NCBI GenBank assembly: GCA_964016885.1
Contig: OZ024741.1
Location: 411,680,001-411,744,000 of the forward strand
DNA length: 64,000 nt
Direction: 5' to 3'
Origin: Eledone cirrhosa
Lineage: Eukaryota
Shown here in pieces: positions 38,601 to 49,803 of this stretch; position 1 is the first letter of the stretch, and every line of letters starts with the position of its first letter. Made by a program: the position numbers and the translations under genes. The notes under the pieces are model-generated. The model had not been told where the DNA came from, made no database searches, and was given only the letters and a program-made list of their open reading frames with translations.

Positions 38601-40858
38601 TTGCCACTCCTCCCATAACAGGTTATTGTCCCTCCTCACATAACAGTTTATTGTCACTCCTCACATAACAGTTTATTGTCACTGCTCACATAACAGTTTA
38701 TTGCCACTCCTCCCATAACAGTTTATTGCCACTCCTCCCATAACAGGTTATTGTCCCTCCTCACATAACAGTTTATTGTCACTGCTCACATAACAGTTTA
38801 TTGCCACTCCTCCCATAACAGTTTATTGCCACTCCTCCCATAACAGTTTATTGTCAGTCCTCACATAACAGTTTATTGTCCCTCCTCCCATAACAGGTTA
38901 TTGTCCCTCCTCCCATAACAGTTTATTGCCACTCCTCACATAACAGTTTATTGTCACTGCTCACAAGTTTATTGCCACTCCTCCCATAACAGTTTATTGC
39001 CACTCCTCCCATAAGTTTATTGTCAGTCCCCACATAACAGTTTATTGCCACTCCTCCCATAACAGTTTATTGCCACTCCTCCCATAACAGGTTATTGTCC
39101 CTCCTCCCATAACAGTTTATTGCCACTCCTCACATAACAGTTTATTGTCACTCCTCACATAACAGTTTATTGTCACTGCTCACAAGTTTATTGCCACTCC
39201 TCCCATAACAGTTTATTGCCACTCCTCCCATAACAGTTTATTGCCACTCCTCACATAACAGTTTATTGTCACTCCTCACATAACAGTTTATTGTTACTCC
39301 TCACATAACAGTTTATTGTCACTGCTCACATAACAGTTTATTGTCCCTCCTCACATAACAGTTTATTGTCAGTCCTCACATAAGTTTGTCAGTCCTCCCA
39401 TAACAGTTTATTGTCCCTCCTCACATAACAGTTTATTGTCCCTCCTCACATAACAGTTTATTGTCCCTCCTCACATAACAGTTTATTGTCACTCCTCACA
39501 TAAGTTTATTGTCACTCCTCACATAACAGTTTGTCACTGCTCACATAACAGTTTATTGTCACTGCTCACATAACAGTTTATTGCCACTCCTCCCATAACA
39601 GTTTATTTTCCCTCCTCACATAACAGTTTATTGTCCCTCCTCACATAACAGTTTATTGTCACTCCTCACATAACAGTTTATTGTCACTGCTCACATAAGT
39701 TTATTGCCACTCCTCCCATAACAGTTTATTGCCACTCCTCCCATAACAGTTTATTGTCACTCCTCACATAACAGTTTATTGTCCCTCCTCACATAACAGT
39801 TTATTGTCACTGCTCACATAACAGTTTATTGTCCCTCCTCACATAACAGTTTATTGTCCCTCCTCACATAACAGTTTATTGTCACTCCTCACATAAGTTT
39901 ATTGTCACTCCTCACATAACAGTTTGTCACTGCTCACATAACAGTTTATTGTCACTGCTCACATAACAGTTTATTGCCACTCCTCCCATAACAGTTTATT
40001 TTCCCTCCTCACATAACAGTTTATTGTCCCTCCTCACATAACAGTTTATTGTCACTCCTCACATAACAGTTTATTGTCACTGCTCACATAAGTTTATTGC
40101 CACTCCTCCCATAACAGTTTATTGCCACTCCTCCCATAACAGTTTATTGTCACTCCTCACATAACAGTTTATTGTCCCTCCTCACATAACAGTTTATTGT
40201 CACTGCTCACATAACAGTTTATTGTCCCTCCTCACATAACAGTTTATTGTCCCTCCTCACATAAGTTTATTGTCACTGCTCACATAACAGTTTATTGCCA
40301 CTCCTCCCATAACAGTTTATTGCCACTCCTCCCATAACAGTTTATTGCCACTCACATAACAGTTTATTGTCCCTCCTCCCATAACAGTTTATTGTCACTC
40401 CTCACATAACAGTTTATTGTCACTGCTCACATAACAGTTTATTGTCAGTCCTCACATAACAGTTTATTGTCACTCCTCACATAAGTTTATTGTCAGTCCT
40501 CACATAACAGGTTATTGTCAGTCCTCACATAACAGTTTATTGTCAGTCCTCACATAAGTTTATTGTCAGTCCTCACATAAGTTTATTGTCCCTCCTCACA
40601 TAACAGTTTATTGCCACTCCTCACATAACAGTTTATTGTCCCTCCTCACATAACAGTTTATTGTCAGTCCTCACATAACAGTTTATTGTCAGTCCTCACA
40701 TAACAGTTTATAGTCACTTCTCACATAAGTTTATTGCCACTCCTCCCATAACAGTTTATTGTCACTCCTCACATAACAGTTTATTGCCACTCACTCCTCC
40801 CATAACAGTTTATTGTCACTGCTCACATAACAGTTTATTGTCACACCACACATAAAAG
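35691..40858. repeat. 25-bp minisatellite, about 200 copies, filling the last SLU7 intron
   Basis: Unit ATAACAGTTTATTGTCACTCCTCAC with several interspersed variants. Confidence 0.97.
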
Positions 40859-41011
40859 TTTTAGAGGGATTGGTAATAAAATATAACGGGTCTTTTATTG
40901 TAGAATTAGGGGTTAGTTTTAGAAGCGTTGTTAGTAAAATATAGGGGTCTTTTATTGTAGAATTAGGGGTTAGTTTTAGAGGGGTTGTTAGTAAAAGATT
41001 TGTAGTCTTAC

Positions 41012-41284
41012 CTTGGCCATGAGTTTCTTCTTCTTCTCTTCTTCATCTTCAGAACTGCTATCACTACTACTGCTGCTACTACTGCTGCTGTAACTACTAC
41101 TACTACCACCACTACTACTATCACTACTACTACCACTACTACTGCTACTACTACTACTGCTATCACTACTACAACTTCTACTTCTTCTACTCTTTCGATC
41201 CGTTTTAGTTTTATGAGTTGATTTCTTTGAAGACTTTTTAGAAAGTTTATTGTTTTTCTCCTTGGCTCGTTTCTCCTGATGTTG
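41012..41284 (-). CDS. SLU7: SLU7 exon, Lys-rich and Ser-rich region
   Basis: CAG acceptor and GTAAG donor, 273 bp, phase 0/0. Encodes QHQEKRAKEKNNK...poly-Ser...EDEEEKKKKLMAK. Confidence 0.88.
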
Positions 41285-41445
41285 CTGAAATATAGGAGCA
41301 ATGGTTAGGCTGGTGAGTCAGTGACCCCCCCGCCCCCCACACACACACCACACACTGCCAACAGTAGAAGTGCCCCAGCATGGCCTTAGTCTAATGACAG
41401 AAACCAGTAAAATAAATACTTATGTTGATTGACTAAATCAAGGCA

Positions 41446-42200
41446 GTGCCCCAGTATGGCCACAGTCTAATGACTGAAACCAGTAAAAGACATGACAGAC
41501 TGTGGTGCCCCAGCATGGCCACAGTCTAATGACTGAAACCAGTAAAAGACATGACAGACTGTGGTGCCCCAGCATGGCCACAGTCTAATGACTGAAACCA
41601 GTAAAAGACATGACAGACTGTGGTGCCCCAGCATGGCCACAGTCTAATGACTGAAACCAGTAAAAGACATGACAGACTGTGGTGCCCCAGTATGGCCACA
41701 GTCTAATGACTGAAACCAGTAAAAGACATGACAGACTGTGGTGCCCCAGCATGGCCACAGTCTAATGACTGAAACCAGTAAAAGACATGACAGACTGTGG
41801 TGCCCCAGCATGGCCACAGTCTAATGACTGAAACCAGTAAAAGACATGACAGACTGTGGTGCCCCAGCATGGCCACAGTCTAATGACTGAAACCAGTAAA
41901 AGACATGACAGACTGTGGTGCCCCAGCATGGCCACAGTCTAATGACTGAAACCAGTAAAAGACATGACAGACTGTGGTGCCCCAGTATGGCCACAGTCTA
42001 ATGACTGAAACCAGTAAAAGACATGACAGACTGTGGTGCCCCAGTATGGCCACAGTCTAATGACTGAAACCAGTAAAAGACATGACAGACTGTGGTGCCC
42101 CAGCATGGCCACAGTCTAATGACTGAAACCAGTAAAAGACATGACAGACTGTGGTGCCCCAGTATGGCCACAGTCTAATGACTGAAACCAGTAAAAGACA
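41446..42200. repeat. 59-bp minisatellite, about 13 copies, likely from a SINE 3' end
   Basis: Unit GTGCCCCAGCATGGCCACAGTCTAATGACTGAAACCAGTAAAAGACATGACAGACTGTG. Confidence 0.93.
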
Positions 42201-42210
42201 TAATAAATAC

Positions 42211-42294
42211 CTCAAGAAGTGACTTTGGTGGAGGCTCTGTCTGATTGGGAGGTCCTGACATCAAGTTGGTGTTTTCAATTCCCAGTAAATGAGA
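42211..42294 (-). CDS. SLU7: SLU7 exon (variable linker)
   Basis: TAG acceptor and GTATT donor, 84 bp, phase 0/0. Encodes SHLLGIENTNLMSGPPNQTEPPPKSLLE; KSLLE|QHQEK parallels vertebrate TLMEMHQEK. Confidence 0.78.
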
Positions 42295-42788
42295 CTAACA
42301 AAATTAATTAGAAAGACATTTAAAACCTTGTGCCTATATTAATTATCATATTTCTTAATGAAAGACACAACTGAGATGTGTTGCAAATAATTTGGAGGTA
42401 TTATTAATATAACTAACTTTCTCTTTGTCAATATGGTGATTGGAATGTAACTTAACATAGGTTCTAATATAAAATTATGATGGAAGGTTTTTAGATAAAT
42501 ATAAACACTTTAAAACAAACAGTTCTGTATCATAGAACCAGGGGTGCTGGGAACATAACTTAACAAAGGTTCTTACATAAAATTATGATGGAGGTTTTTA
42601 GATAAATATAAACACTTTAAAACAAACAGTTTTGTATCATAGAATCAGGGGTGTTTGGAATATAACTTAAAAAGGTTCTTACATACAGTTGTATATAAGG
42701 GACCTGGGGCAGGTAGTTTGGTATCAAAGGGGTTAATTAAGTCTTTCAACTCCAGCCCCTACAAAAAAAAAGTATGAATGAAACTTAC

Positions 42789-42896
42789 ATTGTTGGCATT
42801 TTTACCAGCTTCTCCTGTACAATAACTTCCTTTCACTAATGAATGACAGCATTTGTAACCCCACTGACCTTCTTTCCAATATGACCCCCAAATACT
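42789..42896 (-). CDS. SLU7: SLU7 exon
   Basis: 108 bp, [36 protein letters not shown], a conserved SLU7 motif. Confidence 0.95.
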
Positions 42897-43211
42897 CTGA
42901 AAACAAAATAACAAAAAATATTAATAATTTGTAACATTTTATATATTTCATTATTTTCTATATTTGAAAATAATTATTTTAGTTTTAAAGGTTTTATGGT
43001 CCTCCCAATAATTTTAAGGCCCTTTCCCTCTGCTAAAACAAGGGAGCCAGGAGTTAGTTGGGTAGACCCTATCATAGGTTTCATATTCATCCTACTTTAA
43101 AGCAATATTTTACAACCAGATTCCCTTCTTGGGGCCACTACTTAACACATGCAGAGAAATAAGGTGTTCCTATTCTAAACTAGATACAAACAGCAAGAGG
43201 TTTTAATAATA

Positions 43212-43410
43212 CTTGTTTCTACTATAGGCACAAAGCCAGTAATTTGATTGGGAGGGGAAAGTCGACTAAATTAACCCCAGTGCATTACTGGTACTTTATT
43301 TTATCGACCCCGTAGGGATGAAAAGCAAAGTCAACCTTGCGAGATTTGAACTCAGACCCTAATGGGAAGTAACTATGTTAGACAGCAGGTCGTCCGACCC
43401 TCTACCGATA
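43212..43410 (-). mobile_element. tRNA SINE
   Basis: Same family as 4883-5072. Confidence 0.7.
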
Positions 43411-43991
43411 CTGCCAATTCACCGCCCTATTATAAGAACAAGGCCAACAATTTTGGGAGAGGGGAAAATCGATTAAATCTACCCCAATGCGTTACTAGTA
43501 CTTTATTTTATGTACTCCTTAAGGATGAAAGGCAAAGCTGGAGTTTTGAACATAACTTAACAGAGATTCTTAAAAATATAATGGAAAGTTTTTAGATAAA
43601 TATAAACACTTTTAAAACAAACAGTTTTGTATCATAGAATCAGGGGTGGTTTCTGGCAGGGTGGTATCAAAAGTGTTAACTCTTTCATGAGCACATTTCT
43701 AATTAATTAATGAGGAATTTTGAGGGATTTACTAAAATTAATTATTTCATTAGTATGATAGTAACTTAATGTAAGGTTCTTATATAAAATTATGTTGGAA
43801 GATTTTAATTTAAATTGGAAACCTTTAAAGTGTATGGTTTTATTCCATAGAACCAGAGCTGGTTTTGGCTGGGTTGGTAACAAAAGAGTTAATACAAATG
43901 TAAATGTTTTAAAATAAACAGTGTAGTATTGTAGAAACAGGATAGTTTCTGGCAGGTTGATAACTAAAGAGTTAATTCAAATGTAACTTAC

Positions 43992-44096
43992 AGAGTGATT
44001 GTTTGGATAAACATCTTCTTCATAGCGTGATTTGATGCAAGCTTTCTCCTGGCCTTTGATGATGGTACCATGACGGGAATACTCTACATAATCCTC
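43992..44096 (-). CDS. SLU7: SLU7 exon
   Basis: 105 bp, [35 protein letters not shown]. Confidence 0.95.
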
Positions 44097-44439
44097 CTAA
44101 ATATCAAATATATAGCGGGGAAATATATTTGAAAGAAAATGTTTAAATATAGAACCCTGTCAACAACACTACACCACCACTATCACCCCCCACACCATTA
44201 CTACAACAACCATCACACTCCCCACAATCATTACTACTACTGCCACCAGCACCATTACTAACACCCAATCCCTACCCCTGTCATAACCACCACCACCACT
44301 ACAATCAATACCACCACTGGATGCTCTACCGAGTCTGCCAATAACCCAGACTTTATCATTTCTTAGTTCTGCACAAGACCAAGATTTCAACTCAGAACAT
44401 AAGGACATTATCTAAATACCACAGATCAACAATTTGCAG

Positions 44440-44972
44440 AAAGGTGAAAGTCAACCCCAATATCTGACTGGTACTTTATTTTATCAACATCTGAAGGCTG
44501 AAAAGTAAAGTTGACCTCAGCTGGATTTGAACTCAGAATGTAAAGGGTCGTTACTAAATACTGCATAACATTTTGCCCGATACTCTACTGACTCTGCCAA
44601 CCCATTGCCCTCCAAATTAATAATAATAGTTTCTAATTTAGGCACAAGGCAAGCAATTTTGGAGAGGGGGGAAAGTCAATTAAATCAATCCCAGTACATT
44701 ACTGATACTTTATTTTAACTATCTTGTAATGATGAGAGGCAAAGATAACCTCGGCAGGATTTGAACTCAGAGTGTAAAGGGATGCAACTATATGCCACAA
44801 AGCATGTTGTCCGGCGCTTTACAGATACTACCAATCCCCCACCCTCTCTACCAATATTAACCCCCCACCCCTCCACCCTTAGTTGCAAAATAATTATTTC
44901 TGATTTAGGCACAAGGCCAGCAATTTTGGAGGAAAGGCAATTAAATCAACTCCAGTGTATTACTGGTACTTT
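44440..44972 (-). mobile_element. Cluster of tandem tRNA SINE copies and fragments
   Basis: Repeated GGTACTTTATTTTA...GATTTGAACTCAGA and AGGCACAAGGC segments. Confidence 0.65.
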
Positions 44973-44998
44973 GAAAAATAATAATAGTTATAACTTAC

Positions 44999-45195
44999 TG
45001 ACTGAGCCAAGAGAAGTTGTTTAGGGGGGGCCTCTAAATGTACTTCACCCCCATATTTCTCTAAAATACCTTCTCTCTGTCCAGTTTTAAATTGATCTTT
45101 CCTGTTTTCATATTCCTTGTGTAACAATTCCAGTTTTGTTGGATCTGCTTGAAGATGGACATCCACCCCGCGTTCGTACGCTTCCCAGGCAAACA
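44999..45195 (-). CDS. SLU7: SLU7 exon
   Basis: 197 bp, phase 1/0. Encodes (M)[65 protein letters not shown]. Confidence 0.96.
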
Positions 45196-45209
45196 CTGCA
45201 ATCAGAGAA

Positions 45210-46185
45210 CAGATATTATATTTAATGTAGTATATAACAGATATAGTTATTTAATATAATATATAACAGATATATAGTTATTTAATATATAACAGATATA
45301 GTTATTTAATATAATATATAACAGATATAGTTATTTAATATAATATATAACAGATATAGTTATTTAATATAATATAAAACAGATATATAGTTATTTAATA
45401 TATAACAGATATAGTTATTTAATATAATATATAACAGATATAGTTATTTAATATAATATATAACAGATATAGTTATTTAATATAATATATAACAGATATA
45501 TAGTTATTTAATATATAACAGATATAGTTATTTAATATAATATAAAACAGATATATAGTTATTTAATATATAACAGATATAGTTATTTAATATAATATAT
45601 AACAGATATAGTTATTTAATATAATATATAACAGATATATAGTTATTTAATATATAACAGATATAGTTATTTAATATAATATAAAACAGATATATAGTTA
45701 TTTAATATATAACAGATATATAGTTATTTAATATAATATATAACAGATATAGTTATTTAATATAATATATAACAGATATAGTTATTTAATATAATATAAA
45801 ACAGATATATATTTAATATCTTTCAAACAGTGAAATATATTATATAACAGATATAGTTATTTACACAGTGAAATATAGTATATAACAGATATAGTTATTT
45901 ACACAGTGAAATATATTATATAACAGATATAGTTATTTACACAGTGAAATATATTATATAGCAGATATAGTTATTTACACAGTGAAATATATTATATAAC
46001 AGATATAGTTATTTACACAGTGAAATATAGTATATAACAGATATAGTTATTTACACAGTGAAATATATTATATAACAGATATAGTTATTTACACAGTGAA
46101 ATATATTATATAACAGATATAGTTATTTACACAGTGAAATATAGTATATAACAGATATAGTTATTTACACAGTGAAATATAGTAG
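45210..46185. repeat. AT-rich compound minisatellite (about 27-32-bp units switching to a 38-bp unit at about 45825)
   Basis: Shared core TATAACAGATATAGTTATTT; later units add ACACAGTGAAAT. Confidence 0.92.
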
Positions 46186-46217
46186 TATTGTTAATATGAA
46201 ACATTGTGAGATATATA

Positions 46218-46407
46218 ATTGTTTCTACTTTTGGCACAAGACCAGCAATTATCCCAGTGTATTACTGGTACTTTATTTTATCGACCCCATAAGGATGAAA
46301 GGCAAAGTTAACCTCGGCGGGATTTGAACTCAAACCATAAAGGGCCGTAACTCTTTGCTGCAAAGCATGGCGTACGACCCTCTACCGATACTGCCAATCC
46401 ACCGCCG
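46218..46407 (-). mobile_element. tRNA SINE
   Basis: Full-length copy of the family at 4883-5072. Confidence 0.8.
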
Positions 46408-46679
46408 TAAAAGACTGCTGGTACAATATGGTAGAAATATATAAAGAGTAAAGGCTGACAAATAAAACAAAACAGAAATGTTTTATCCAGTGTATTTCAA
46501 CATATTTCAGGGTTATTACCCTATTTTCAAATGTGGAGCTAAAACAAAACAATCAAGGTGTTCTGCCTTACCTGTCTGAAGTACGCATGTGTGAAGTTGT
46601 TATAGTAACCCGTCTGCTTTTGAAGGGGTGAGAGTTATAGAAAATCTAAAGAACTATGCAGTCATTGCAGGTGCTACAG

Positions 46680-46810
46680 TGCAGAAGGAAGTACCCACCA
46701 CGTTTGAGAAGCAGGTACGTAACACCATCAAGACCAGGAGAGGCATGGTTGCGTTTATTTTTAAGGTGATGTCGCAGCATTGGAGGTTTAAATTCCATAG
46801 TTGTAATAGA
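46680..46810 (-). mobile_element. Distal piece of the older minus-strand CR1 copy
   Basis: ITTMEFKPPMLRHHLKNKRNHASPGLDGVTYLLLKRGG directly continues PPPMTLDS at 49806-49835. Confidence 0.8.
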
Positions 46811-49803
46811 CTGGTGAAACATGGAAAGGAGATACCAGATGGTCTGAAAACACTGTACCCACAACAACTAACAATAAAAACTCTGTGAAACTAAATCAGA
46901 ACAACCTGCCATCCCCTGCACATTATCACAGACTGGAATCAAGGTACAAATTGTTGTCCTTGAATGCACGTAGTCTATGCAATAAGATTCATCTTTTTGA
47001 CTCCTACGTCAAAAGTATCAACCCTGACTTCATCACAGTCACGGAAACTTGGGCACATCCCTTACTCTGTGATGGGGTTTTCAGCATAACCTGTTTCGTA
47101 AAGACCGCATTAATCGTGGTGGTGGTGTAATGGTCTACGTTCAATCAAATTTGTCAGCAATTCCTTGTGTTGATTTGAACCAATCACAGCAGGAAGTTTT
47201 TTTCTGCGATATACGTATGACCATGTCAACACTGCTACTTGGAGTCGTTTACCGTCCCCCAAATTACCATCAGGACACTCAACTTTGTAATATCCTCAGA
47301 GCTGTTACCAGGAAAACAGCCACTTATGTTTTTATTGCAGGAGACTTCAATCACCCTGAGATTGACTGGGAAACCTTTCATTGGCCGCCAAGTGAAAATG
47401 ACTTCCTTGAGCTAGTGCTGGACTCGAATTGGTCCCAAGTAGTCACCTCCCCAACAAGAGGTGACAACACTTTGGACCTACTCTTCACCACTATTCCTGA
47501 AACGGTCATTAGTGTAACTGCTGAGGAACCTTTAGGTGACTCTGATCATGCTATGATCATTGCCAATCTATCCCTCATGGGCAGTGACAAGAACCACAAC
47601 CATCTCCAAACTGCTCACTTTGACTGGAATAAAGCAGACTGGAACTGTTACTGCACCGAGTTGCAACATCCAAACTGGCTTGAGTTCTACGACTCTGGAG
47701 ATGTCAACACTGTACTCCAGAACATCCTGAGCTCAATATGGACAGCATGTGCAGCATCAGTGCCACGTAAGCGGAAAAAACATCCCAAAAGTGCAATTTG
47801 GGAGTCTTGCCAGAAAAGAACGTCGCAATGCTGAACGTGAGTACAAACTGCACAAATCAGACATCAATAGGAAGAGGCGAAATAAATCGTCCAACCACCT
47901 CAAACAGGTGACAAAAAGGTGTTCTGGAAGTATGTTCACTCAAAGCAGAGGCCTCACTTTCCAGTTGGTCCTCTTCACAATCCCCACACAAGCCAGGTTA
48001 CCGACGACCCCAAGGAATGCGCAGAGCTCATTGCTGAATGCTATGCAAGCATTTTCACTATTGAAGACCAGAGTGTACCGTCTCCACCACCTATGACACC
48101 GGACTCTATTACAACCATGGAATTTACACCTGCAATGCTGCGAGTCACCTAAAAAATAAACACAACCATGCCTCTCCTGGTCTTGATGGTGTTACGTACC
48201 TGCTTATTAAACGTGGTGGGTACTTCCTTCTGCACCAGCTATCACGCTTCTTCCAATTCTGTCTGAACAACGGTGCTACTCCAGAATAGTGAAAAACTGC
48301 CAGTGTCATTCCTCTGTTCAAAAAGGGTGACCACACATCACCTGAGAACTATCGTCCAGTCAGTCTTACTAGTTGCATTGCCAAACTGATGGAATCCTGT
48401 GTCAGAGAAACACTTTGGAACTTCTGGAACTCTCACAGTCTTATCCAGCCCTCGCAATTTGGATTTATCCCCAACTCCAGCTGCTGTGATCAACTTATAG
48501 AGTTTCTTGAAGACATCACCTGGATCACTGATGGCGGCTCATGGGTAGATGTTGTTTACCTTGACTTTGCTAAAGCTTTCAATACTGTTCCACAGAAAAG
48601 ACTTATGGCAAAACTCTCTGCAATGGGTGTGAACGATGATCTTTTTAACTGGTTGAAGTCCTTCATTCTCAGTCGAAGAGAGGTAGTCACGGTTCTGGGA
48701 CAGCATTCCTCACCATATGAGATGTCATCTGGTGTACCTCAGGGATCTGTTCTTGGCCCCCTTTCGTTTGTAACATATATTAATGACATAGATGCCAACT
48801 TAAAGAATGCCACAGTACTAAAGTACGCAGTTGACATCAAGCTGTACCTTGAGATAAAAAAAAAAAAAAAAAAAAAAAGGACAGATCCTGAACACTATAG
48901 ATCTTGCTTGCAGTCTGACCTGGACACAATGCAACAATGGATCTCAGACTGGCAACTCAAGCTAGCTGTGGACAAGTGCACCACCATGCATTTTGGGAGT
49001 AAAAACCCAGCATCCACATACTCCCTCCACAGCAGTAATATCAAGAAGTCTTCTTGTGAACGTGACTTGGGCATTACGGTCAGCAGCAATTTGCATTGGA
49101 CGAAGCACGTCTCTAAAATTGTCAAGAGGGCTGAGGGTGTCTTGGCATCATTCAGCAAGACCTTTGTCAGCCGCTCTCCAGCTATCTATTTAAGGCTGTA
49201 CATGGCTATGGTGCGGCCACACTTAGAATTTGCATCACCAGTCTGGAACCTCTATCTTGCTCAGAATATTGACCACCTGGGAACTGTTCAGAGACGTGCA
49301 ACCAAGCGAATACCCTCCATCAGGCATCTACCATACTCTGAACACCTTGCTTCCCTGGGCATGGATACATTGAAGCTCCGACGCCTGGCAACTGACTTGG
49401 TAAACACCCACAAAATTGTTAACCATCTTACCAACAACAACCCTGAGTACCTTTTTGATTTCCATGTGTCTAATACACGTGGGCATGTCCACAAAGTCAG
49501 AAAACAGCACAGTTCCCATGACTTTCGGAAAAATTTTTTCACGCTCAGAGTTGCTGAAGCATGGAACAAACTACCGGCATCAGTTGTTAGCTGTCGAGAC
49601 ATGCATCCTTTAAAACCTCCATGCTTCCCGAGATTCGCCAACACTACACCTAATGTTCCTCCTCCATACATATACACACATGTATATCATGACTCATACA
49701 CTATTCACTTCCCTGACATTTGTATAATATTTTATGTACTATACATGCACCTTTGACGAGTTGTAGTGCACCTGAGCACTTTACACAATAATTTCATTAT
49801 TAT
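46811..49803 (+). mobile_element. CR1-clade LINE, 5'-truncated in ORF1, ORF2 APE plus RT, 3' UTR and (ATT)n tail
   Basis: LNARSL, TETW, VYRPP, GDFN, LGDSDH; YLDFAKAF, SGVPQGSVLGP, YAVD (from YADD), VRPHLEFASPVW, NFF..RV...WNKLP. Frameshifts are present. Confidence 0.92.

Noticed and set aside
41008-41301. Poly-valine membrane-like ORFs (also 44169..44408 and 52687..52884)
   Set aside because: Alternative-frame readings of trinucleotide tracts. The spliced SLU7 frame gives poly-Ser at 41 kb.
44960-45196. 78-aa ORF as a stand-alone gene
   Set aside because: It is an internal SLU7 exon (44999-45195) read through its donor site.
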